DNA of 64,000 bases, taken from assembly GCA_963745965.1 (NCBI GenBank), contig CAVUZC010000006.1, forward strand, positions 148,895-212,894, read 5' to 3'. Source of the DNA: an uncultured Acidobacteriota bacterium. GTDB lineage: Bacteria > Acidobacteriota > Terriglobia > Terriglobales > Acidobacteriaceae. Positions 52,497-60,332 of the stretch are shown one piece after another (the stretch's first letter is position 1; each line of letters begins with the position of its first letter). The notes under the pieces were generated by a model that searched no databases, was not told where the DNA came from, and was given only the letters and a program-made list of their open reading frames with translations. A program made the position numbers and the translations under genes.

Positions 52497-54310
52497 ATCT
52501 GCGCGCGGCCATTTTCACCGCGATCCTTTCTCTTACCTCGGCACATGCGCAAACCGCCGCGCCAGCAGCGGCTGCCGCCCCGCCCGCGCCGAGTTCTTCA
52601 GAACATCTACAGCCGGCGGCCAGCGTTCCCGCATCCAACGAGCAAACCGCATCTCCAGCCGCCATCGCGCCCACGAACGCGCCCGCCGGAAGCACCAACG
52701 CAAATGTTCCCGCCATCCGCTTTGAAGACACCACCGATTCCGCCGGCATCGACTTCGTGCACAGCTTCGGTTCGGCGCAGTTGGGATCGCTCCTCGAGGG
52801 CACCGGCGCCGGCTGCGTCTGGTTCGACTACGACAATTCGGGCCTGCCTTCGCTCTACGTCGCCAACGGCCGCCCGCTCGACAATTCCATGCATCCGCAT
52901 CCGCTCAAGGTGAAGCCCAATCCGCCGCCGCACAATCATCTCTACCGCAACGACGGCAACGGACACTTCACCGACGTAACCGACAAGGCCGGCCTCAACC
53001 CGGACATGTACTCGATCGCGGTCACTGCCGGCGATTACGACAATGACGGCAACGAAGATTTGCTCGTCACCGGCTACGGCAAGGTTGTTCTCTACCACAA
53101 CGACGGCGACGGCCACTTCACCGACGTTACCGAAAAAGCCGGCATCAAGGTCAGCGGCTGGGCCATCAGCTCCACATGGATCGACTACGACAGGGACGGC
53201 TGCCTGGATCTGTTCGTCGGCCGCTACGTCAAATTCGATCCCAAGTACCGCGCCTACTACGCCGCCGACAACTATCCCGGTCCGCTCGATTACGCGGGCG
53301 AAACCAACATGCTCTTCCACAACAACTGCAACGGCACTTTTACCGATGTAACTGACAAGTCGGGCATCGGCAGCTACGTCGGCCGCACCATGGGCGTCAC
53401 CATCGGCGATTTCACCGGCGACGGCTGGGACTCGATCTACGTTGCCAACGATCGCACGGAAAACTTTCTCCTCCACAACAAGCACGACGGAACCTTCGAA
53501 GACATCGCTTCCGACACCGGTACGGCCTTCGGCCAGAACGGCGAGTCCACCTCCGCCATGGGCCCCGTGTTTGCGGACTTCGGCAATCGCGGCGTGCTCG
53601 ATCTGTGGGTCTCCGATGCGCGTTACAACCGCATGTTGAAAAACACCGGCCAGATGAGCTTCGACGACATGGGCGCAACCAACGGCATCTCGCAGGCCAA
53701 CGCGCAATACACGAGCTGGGGTTCGGGCGTGTACGACTTCGATAACGACGGCAATCTCGACATCCTCATCTTCCACGGCGGCCTCATTCACCTCATTCCC
53801 GAAGAACATACGCTCTTCCGCGGATTGGGCAACGGAAAGTTCGAGGACGATTCGCTTGCCGCCGGTCCGGCACTCAGCACGCGCACCGTCGCCCGCGGCG
53901 CATGTTTCGCCGACTACATGAACGACGGCAAAGTGGGAGCCTTCGTCGTCAACCTCGGCGCGCGCGGCACGCTCCTGCGCAACGTCTCCACAAGCACCGG
54001 CCACTGGATCGACATAAATCTCGTGGGCGCCATGCGCGCCGGCGATCATGGCGCCCCTCCCGGCCCAACTTCCAAAAGCAACCGCGACGGCATCGGCGCG
54101 CGCGTTGAGGTCTTCGCTGGAAACTGGCATTCGCTTGAGGAGCGAGTGGCCGCATCGGGCTACCTTTCGCAGAACGATGGCCGCCTGCACTTCGGTCTCG
54201 GCGCGGCAACACAAGTGGACAAGATCGTAGTGCACTGGCCCAGCGGGCGCGAGCAGACGCTCGAACACCAGAGCGTAGACCGCGTGCTCACCATCGAGGA
54301 GCCGAAATGA
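52493..54310 (+). CDS. CRTAC1-like FG-GAP + ASPIC/UnbV protein (paralog 4)
   Basis: DYDNDGNED, DYDRDGCLD, DFDNDGNLD; GIGARVEV...ASGYLSQNDGRLHFGLG...VHWPSG. Confidence 0.9.
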   Translation: MNLRAAIFTAILSLTSAHAQTAAPAAAAAPPAPSSSEHLQPAASVPASNEQTASPAAIAPTNAPAGSTNANVPAIRFEDTTDSAGIDFVHSFGSAQLGSLLEGTGAGCVWFDYDNSGLPSLYVANGRPLDNSMHPHPLKVKPNPPPHNHLYRNDGNGHFTDVTDKAGLNPDMYSIAVTAGDYDNDGNEDLLVTGYGKVVLYHNDGDGHFTDVTEKAGIKVSGWAISSTWIDYDRDGCLDLFVGRYVKFDPKYRAYYAADNYPGPLDYAGETNMLFHNNCNGTFTDVTDKSGIGSYVGRTMGVTIGDFTGDGWDSIYVANDRTENFLLHNKHDGTFEDIASDTGTAFGQNGESTSAMGPVFADFGNRGVLDLWVSDARYNRMLKNTGQMSFDDMGATNGISQANAQYTSWGSGVYDFDNDGNLDILIFHGGLIHLIPEEHTLFRGLGNGKFEDDSLAAGPALSTRTVARGACFADYMNDGKVGAFVVNLGARGTLLRNVSTSTGHWIDINLVGAMRAGDHGAPPGPTSKSNRDGIGARVEVFAGNWHSLEERVAASGYLSQNDGRLHFGLGAATQVDKIVVHWPSGREQTLEHQSVDRVLTIEEPK

Positions 54311-56217
54311 ACCGCGTCGCCAAAGCCGGTCTGCTGGCCGCCTCATTTCTTGCAGCGGTTTTCATCGCTGCCGCGCCGTGGGCCGCAAAATCGGTTCACG
54401 CGGCGGCGCGCGCACGCACCGGCGAACCTCTCGTCTACGCCTCTCCCGTCGAGACCTTGTTTTCGCCCGACGGCGCGCGGCTTTACGTGCTTTGCCAGCA
54501 AAGCAACGACGTCCGCGTGCTCGACGCAACAACCTACAAAGTAATCGCCACAGTAGCCGTAGGCCGCGTCCCGCGCGGATTCGCGCTCTCGCCCGACGGT
54601 TCGCGTCTCTTCGTGGCCAACTCCTGGGACGACACGATCTCGGTCATCGACACGCAATCGTTGCAAGTCAGCATCACCTGGCCGGTCAGCGCGGAGCCGT
54701 CGAGCGTAGCCCAGGACCCAGCCGGCAAGTACATCTTCGTCGCCAATCGCATCTCGAACGACGTAGCCGTTCTCGACGCTCGCACCGGCGCGGAACTAAA
54801 GCGTCTCGCCGCCGGCCGCGGCGCGAGTTACATGACGCTCTCCCCCGACAGCCGACGCCTTTACGTTACGCATGTGTACCCGAACCTGCCCGCGCACGCC
54901 AGCGAACAGGGCAACCGGCTTCCGCCGGAGTCCGAGATCACCATCATCGACACCGCGCGCGCCGTAGTCGCCGATCGCATTCCCCTCCACAGCATCGCCG
55001 GCGTCTTTCACGTCGCCTTCACCGCAGACGGACGCTTAGGCGCAGTCGCCGAACTGCACCCCAAAAACCTTGTCCCGCTCGCGCATCTCGAGCACGGCTG
55101 GGCCTTCGCGGACACGCTGACTCTTTTTGGCGCTGACGTCGGTCCAAAACCAGTAGAAATACCTCTCGACGAGCTGGAGCGCTACGCCGCGCGACCCTTT
55201 GGCGTCGCCATCACGCCGGATAAATCACGCCTCTACGTCACCAGCGGCGGTTCCGAAATCGTGACCGCGATCGACGTTCGGCGTCTGCTCTCCACCGTGC
55301 GCGCGCGGCGCAAATCCTTCACCGAGGATCTATCGGCCAGCGCGAATTACGTCGTAACCCGCATCGACGTAGGCCACGATCCCCGCGGCGCAACCATCTC
55401 TCCTGACGGCCGCAAGCTCTTCGTCGCCAACCGTCTCGATGACACCATCAGCGTCATCGACACTCGCACCAATCGCGTGGCCGCAACCATCCCTCTGGAC
55501 GGACCGAAAGAGCTCTCGGTCCTGCGCTACGGCGAGCAAACTTTCTACACCGCCCGCTATTCCTTCCAGGGCCAGATCGGCTGCGCCAACTGCCACATCG
55601 ATTCCACCTTCGACGGCCTCGCCTGGGACCTCGAACCCGATGGCTTCGGCGTGGACATCGTGGAAAACAAACTGCTCGAGGGCGTCAAGAACGTCGCTCC
55701 CTACAAGTGGAACGGCGGCAATCCCAACCTGCCCACCGAGTGCGGCCCGCGCACGGAAAAATACTTCTGGCGCTCGGAGAGCTTCGACGATCTGACGCTG
55801 GCCGACCTCGTCACCTACATCCGCAGCCTGCAGCCCAGACCCAATCGCTGGCGTCTTCCGAATGGCGAATTGACCCCGGCACAGGAACGCGGCAAAGAAC
55901 TCTTCGAGCGCGCAACCGACAAACTTGGGGCGCCCATCCCGATCGAGAATCGCTGCTCCTATTGCCACAGCGGCCCCGAGGGCACTGATCGCAAACTCTC
56001 CGACGTGGGTACCAAGAAGCCCACCGACCGTTCCGGCATTTTGAAGACTCCTCAACTCACCAACATCGCGCTCATGGCGCCCTATCTGCACGACGGCTCC
56101 GCGCCATCGCTCGAAGAAATCTGGACCGTATTCAATCCCGCGGACAAGCATGGCCGCACCAACGACCTGACCAAAGACGAGCTTAATGACTTAATTGAGT
56201 ATTTGAGGACGCGATGA
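54307..56217 (+). CDS. YVTN beta-propeller fused to a diheme cytochrome c (CCP/MauG-like) domain; HzsB-HzsC-like architecture
   Basis: Repeated SPDGxRLYV/VAN...DTISVID; CANCH and CSYCH; PYKWNG; TPQLTNIALMAPYLHDGSA; DLIEYLRT. Confidence 0.85.
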   Translation: MNRVAKAGLLAASFLAAVFIAAAPWAAKSVHAAARARTGEPLVYASPVETLFSPDGARLYVLCQQSNDVRVLDATTYKVIATVAVGRVPRGFALSPDGSRLFVANSWDDTISVIDTQSLQVSITWPVSAEPSSVAQDPAGKYIFVANRISNDVAVLDARTGAELKRLAAGRGASYMTLSPDSRRLYVTHVYPNLPAHASEQGNRLPPESEITIIDTARAVVADRIPLHSIAGVFHVAFTADGRLGAVAELHPKNLVPLAHLEHGWAFADTLTLFGADVGPKPVEIPLDELERYAARPFGVAITPDKSRLYVTSGGSEIVTAIDVRRLLSTVRARRKSFTEDLSASANYVVTRIDVGHDPRGATISPDGRKLFVANRLDDTISVIDTRTNRVAATIPLDGPKELSVLRYGEQTFYTARYSFQGQIGCANCHIDSTFDGLAWDLEPDGFGVDIVENKLLEGVKNVAPYKWNGGNPNLPTECGPRTEKYFWRSESFDDLTLADLVTYIRSLQPRPNRWRLPNGELTPAQERGKELFERATDKLGAPIPIENRCSYCHSGPEGTDRKLSDVGTKKPTDRSGILKTPQLTNIALMAPYLHDGSAPSLEEIWTVFNPADKHGRTNDLTKDELNDLIEYLRTR

Positions 56218-57386
56218 GAAATCTTGCGCATCTGAGAGGTTTCGCAATGGCGCTTGCTCTGGCCGCCGCAGCGGCCGTGCAAGTCTCCAGCGCGCAACAT
56301 GCGCCCACCGTGCGGGCAGCGGCTCGGGCAACTAAAGCACAGATCTCGAAGACTTCCGCCTCAACTCAATCGCTTCCGCGTTTCCGCTTCCAGAACTTCA
56401 CCACCGCCGATGGCCTTCCCGACAATCACGTCTACGCGGTGCTGGTCGACGGAGATCGCATCTGGGCGGGCACAGACAACGGCGTCGGTCTCTACGAGAA
56501 CGGCAAATGGAAAACCTTCACCACGAAAGACGGCCTGGCCCAGCGCGCCGTGCTTTCGCTGGCCCTCGACAAGCGCACCGGCGCGGTGTGGGCCGGCACC
56601 ATGGGCGGGTTGAGCCGCATTTCTGCGGGTCGCATCGATACCTACACGCAACTCAACTCCGGCCTCAGCAACGATGTGGTCTACGGCGTCTCCGTGCAAG
56701 GCGACAACGTCTGGGTGGCAACAGCCGCCGGCGCATGCAGGCTGAACACCCGCACCGGCCAGTGGTCGCTCTGGAACGAACGCAACACGCCCATGCGCGA
56801 GATATGGGTCTATGGCGTCTCAGCCCAGCCGGACAAAGTCTACTTCGCGGTGTGGGGCAGCGGCCTGCTCGAGTACACGCAAAAGACCGGCGCATGGGAC
56901 ATCTACAAGGACCCCGACGGAGAAACCGAGGTCGTCGTGCTCAAGGATCAAGGTCTGATTCACGACATCACCAGTTCGGTCAGCTATGTCAACGGCATCG
57001 TCTGGGTCTCCACTTACTTCGGTGACAGTCGATACGACGGCCGCTACTGGCACAACTTCATGACCAAGGACAGCGGCCTGCCCTCCAACTTTACGAACTT
57101 CATCAAGGGCGTCGACGCGAACCGTGCCTGGTTCTGCACCGACAAAGGTCTGGCCTACTACGACGGCGCAAACTGGGCCGTCTATCGCCCTTCGCTCACC
57201 ACCGGCAAGCCGGAGATGACAGTCCGCGATGCACAGGGACGCGTCTCGGCAATCCCCGTCACCACAGCTCCGGCCCACAACTACATTCTCGGAATCGACT
57301 TTCAGGGCGACGACATCTGGGTCGCCACAGCCAAAGGATTGAGCCACGGAATTCGTCAACGATTCGCCAAGGAGGCATCACGATGA
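56214..57386 (+). CDS. Stand-alone secreted beta-propeller (Reg_prop-like repeats)
   Basis: FTTADGLPDNHVY, IWAGTDNGV, VWAGTMGGLS, GLSNDVVY, GLPSNF, IWVATAKGLS; no kinase domain. Confidence 0.8.
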   Translation: MRNLAHLRGFAMALALAAAAAVQVSSAQHAPTVRAAARATKAQISKTSASTQSLPRFRFQNFTTADGLPDNHVYAVLVDGDRIWAGTDNGVGLYENGKWKTFTTKDGLAQRAVLSLALDKRTGAVWAGTMGGLSRISAGRIDTYTQLNSGLSNDVVYGVSVQGDNVWVATAAGACRLNTRTGQWSLWNERNTPMREIWVYGVSAQPDKVYFAVWGSGLLEYTQKTGAWDIYKDPDGETEVVVLKDQGLIHDITSSVSYVNGIVWVSTYFGDSRYDGRYWHNFMTKDSGLPSNFTNFIKGVDANRAWFCTDKGLAYYDGANWAVYRPSLTTGKPEMTVRDAQGRVSAIPVTTAPAHNYILGIDFQGDDIWVATAKGLSHGIRQRFAKEASR

Positions 57387-57874
57387 GTGCATTTGCAGAA
57401 ATTCTTGAAGCCATCGCCCACGCGCCGGTAAAAAAACGTGCGATCACCAACCACAACGTCCTTAACGAGGCCTTCGCATACGCTAAGCCCAGCTCGTTCT
57501 CGCGCGGCATGAGAATCGATCTGGGCAGCGTAACCATTCTCCTGATCTCAGGCACGGCTTCCATCGACGAAACCGGCCAGAGCGTGCACATCGGCGATTT
57601 CCGCGCGCAGATGCGGCGCACGCTCTCCAACATCACCGGACTGCTGGCCGCCGAGGGCTGCACCTGGCACGACATCGTGCGCACCACCTGCTACCTCCGC
57701 GACATCGAGCGCGACTACGAAGCCTTCAACGAAGAGCGCACCACTTTCTTCAAGGAACAGGGGCTCGATCCGCTGCCGGCATCCACCGGCATTCAGGCCA
57801 TCCTTTGCCGTCCCGAGCTGCTCATCGAGATCGAGGCCATCGCAATGTTCCGCAACCAGAAGAGCAGCTCCTAG
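57383..57874 (+). CDS. Rid/YjgF family protein (non-RidA type, resembling the FkbO/Hyg5 C-terminal domain)
   Basis: LISGTASID..G...H.GD..AQ..RTL.NI; PASTGIQA.LCRPELLIEIEAIA; no Arg at the RidA PAR position. Confidence 0.8.
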   Translation: MSAFAEILEAIAHAPVKKRAITNHNVLNEAFAYAKPSSFSRGMRIDLGSVTILLISGTASIDETGQSVHIGDFRAQMRRTLSNITGLLAAEGCTWHDIVRTTCYLRDIERDYEAFNEERTTFFKEQGLDPLPASTGIQAILCRPELLIEIEAIAMFRNQKSSS

Positions 57875-57908
57875 TGACCTGTCTCGCGCAACGTTTGCGC
57901 CGAGGACT

Positions 57909-58013
57909 TGAAAGGCACGACTTTGCATCTCGCCGAAACAACCCGATGCTTTGAAAGGGCACGACTTCAGTCGTGCCGTGGAACGTTGGAATCGACTGGG
58001 CTTTAGCCCCTGA
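57909..58013. repeat. Palindromic REP-like repeat (family C), copy 2 plus a partial upstream copy
   Basis: AAGGGCACGACTTCAGTCGTGCCG...GGGCTTTAGCCCCTG, preceded by AAAGGCACGACTTT. Confidence 0.65.
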
Positions 58014-58095
58014 GGGATGGTTCTTCCGGAACATGAACCTCTGCCGTAGGCGGCTGGGCTCTGGCCGGCAAGTGCTCCAGACGGAGAGAAACACA

Positions 58096-60177
58096 ATGCG
58101 CAAACGTTGGATGATTTCGGCGACATGTCTATGGGTGCTATGCGTTGCACCTGCTCTCATGAGCCAAACTCCCGCACAAACCGGCCACATCTGCCAGTGC
58201 GGTGCTCATCCCCCCGGCCCGCCGCAGGACCGCACAGTCGAACCCTACGCCAACACCCCTCCTGACCTCGAGCCATACGAGCATTTTGTTAAGCCGTACT
58301 ACTTGAATTACACGCACCCAAACATCTACACCGGCGCGGCACGCGATATTCCCGATCCGATAGACGTGAAGGAAGTGCGTATAGGCTTTCTTGGCCCCAT
58401 CGCGAAGCAAGCCGACCAGGTCTACGGCCTGCGCATGTTACACGGCGCGCAAATGGCCATCGACGACGCCAACGCGCGCGGCGGCTACGGCGGCAAGCCA
58501 TTCCGCCTCATGGTGCACGACGACTATTCAAACTGGCAGTTCACCGCGGAAGGTGGCGAGCAACGGCCCACCGATCCCGCCATCTGGGGCGCGCCTCTCG
58601 ACGAATCCGTGAAGATGGTCTACGACGAAAACGTGTGGGCTGTCTTCGGCTCCATCAGCTCCGAGTCTACGCACATGATGCTGCGCCTTGCGCTCAAAGC
58701 GGAGTTCCCCATCGTCAACTCGGCTTCCACCGATCCCACGATTCCTGAAACCTCCGTCCCGTGGTACTTCACCGATCTACAGGACGATCGCGTGCAAGCC
58801 TACACTCTGGCGCGGCGCGTTTTCACTGAGCTCCGGCTCAAGCGTGTCGCGCTTCTGCGCGTCAACAATCGCTACGGCCGAATGGCAGCGGAAAAATTCC
58901 GTGATGCGGCCATACGCCTCGGCCGTCCGGTCGTCATCGAGCAGAAATTCATGCCAGGCGATACGGATTTCGCGCGTGAACTGGGCATCATTCGCGACTC
59001 GCGCGTCGACGCGGTCGTAATTTGGGCCGATCAGTCTGAAGCCGCCGGCATTCTCAAGCAGATGCGCGCCATGGGCATGAAGCAGCGCGCGTTTGGCGCC
59101 TATCGCACGCTTGGGTCCGATCTCGCCACCGAGGCTGGACCTGCCGCCGAGGGATTTGAAGCCGTCTTTCCCTACGATCCCACGCGCAACGATCCGCGCT
59201 GGCTCGATTTCAACCGCCGCTTCCAGGCGCGCTACCACGAGCCGCCGGAGCAGTTCGCCTCGCTGGCCTACGACGCCATGAACATTCTTCTGGATTCCAT
59301 CTGCAAAGCGGGATTGAACAGGGCGCGCATTCAGGACGCGCTGGATCAGGTCTATCAGTACGACGGCGTCACCGGCCACATGGTTTTCGATCCCAATAAC
59401 AAAAATGTAGCGCCCATGTTTCTCGGCACGGTGCACAACGGCGCAATCACCTACCGGTCGGCCACCATGAACAAAGCCCGCGCCGCCTCTGAGCAACCCG
59501 CAGCCGTGCCCGCTGCCAGGTCGACTGCGCCGCCGTCCACGCCCGAATCAGCCGTGCCGCCAACTCCCTACGCGCGCGTCGGTGAAGACAGCGTAGAGTT
59601 CCTTGGCCCGCACACCGCGAATCTGCCGGCGGGAACTGCGCGCGTAATCGTTTTCGGCCGCGGCGCAGAACAAGTCGCGCACAGCCCTGAAGTCCTTGCC
59701 ACATTGCGTGCAGCATCTCCACAAAATCCCAAATTGTCGCTTGTGCCCGTCGAGAGCGGCCAAAACTGGGGCGCGGCCTCAACCCAGCTGGTTCACGCGC
59801 TCATGGACGGCCACGCGCTGGCCATCCTCGCGCTCGATCGCGACGCCGCGCACCTGTCCGAGCAGCTGGCCCTCAAATGTTTCGTTCCCGTAATCGCCCT
59901 CAGCGACGACCAAACGCTCACCTCGGCCAATATCCCGTGGATCTTCCGCCTGCCCGCCGAAACCACGCCCGCCGCGGCGCTCCGCATCATTGAGCAAGCG
60001 TCCTCCCGCGATGGCGCAAATCCCGAGCGTCTCCGCGATCTGCTCGCCTCAGGAAAAGAAATCGCCGAGGCACAGCCTTCCTCCCCACCGGCGAGCCCCG
60101 CCGCCAATAGAGCGACCTCCGCCACCTTCGAAATTTACTTCGAGATTGATCTGCTGCCTCCCACGACCGCGCCGTAG
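58096..60177 (+). CDS. LivJ-like (type 1) periplasmic solute-binding protein with a second degenerate binding domain; C-terminal frameshift likely (true stop near 60110)
   Basis: VRIGFLGP, GAQMAIDDANARGG, VFGSISSES, GVTGHMVFD; second ALDRDAAHLSEQLALK...SANIPWIFRLP unit. Confidence 0.75.
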   Translation: MRKRWMISATCLWVLCVAPALMSQTPAQTGHICQCGAHPPGPPQDRTVEPYANTPPDLEPYEHFVKPYYLNYTHPNIYTGAARDIPDPIDVKEVRIGFLGPIAKQADQVYGLRMLHGAQMAIDDANARGGYGGKPFRLMVHDDYSNWQFTAEGGEQRPTDPAIWGAPLDESVKMVYDENVWAVFGSISSESTHMMLRLALKAEFPIVNSASTDPTIPETSVPWYFTDLQDDRVQAYTLARRVFTELRLKRVALLRVNNRYGRMAAEKFRDAAIRLGRPVVIEQKFMPGDTDFARELGIIRDSRVDAVVIWADQSEAAGILKQMRAMGMKQRAFGAYRTLGSDLATEAGPAAEGFEAVFPYDPTRNDPRWLDFNRRFQARYHEPPEQFASLAYDAMNILLDSICKAGLNRARIQDALDQVYQYDGVTGHMVFDPNNKNVAPMFLGTVHNGAITYRSATMNKARAASEQPAAVPAARSTAPPSTPESAVPPTPYARVGEDSVEFLGPHTANLPAGTARVIVFGRGAEQVAHSPEVLATLRAASPQNPKLSLVPVESGQNWGAASTQLVHALMDGHALAILALDRDAAHLSEQLALKCFVPVIALSDDQTLTSANIPWIFRLPAETTPAAALRIIEQASSRDGANPERLRDLLASGKEIAEAQPSSPPASPAANRATSATFEIYFEIDLLPPTTAP

Positions 60178-60190
60178 GCGCAGTGTATCG

Positions 60191-60258
60191 TTAGCCCCGC
60201 GCTTCAGCGTGGGGTAAATGGCTTCAAAGAGTGATTCCGGAGTCCCGTAGGGACGGCG
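60191..60258. repeat. REP-like palindromic element (family D)
   Basis: TTAGCCCCGCGCTTCAGCGTGGGG...AGTCCCGTAGGGACGGC; two short hairpins in an intergenic region; single copy in the window. Confidence 0.45.
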
Positions 60259-60332
60259 CAAAGACATTTCCTTATCGGAGTCAACTTCGCCTGCGATTAC
60301 GCCCGCATCTTTGAGTCAATCCCTCTAGTACC

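Noticed and set aside
51081-56217. Evidence that the organism performs anammox, or that the lipid cluster makes ladderanes
   Set aside because: The HzsA-like protein lacks the second heme domain, no HAO/HDH octaheme gene is present, and the context looks acidobacterial. Co-location of the lipid and Hzs-like loci is probably coincidental.
57383-57874. Full chorismatase (FkbO/Hyg5) or RidA deaminase
   Set aside because: Only one Rid domain (163 aa) versus a multi-domain chorismatase, and the RidA catalytic Arg is absent.
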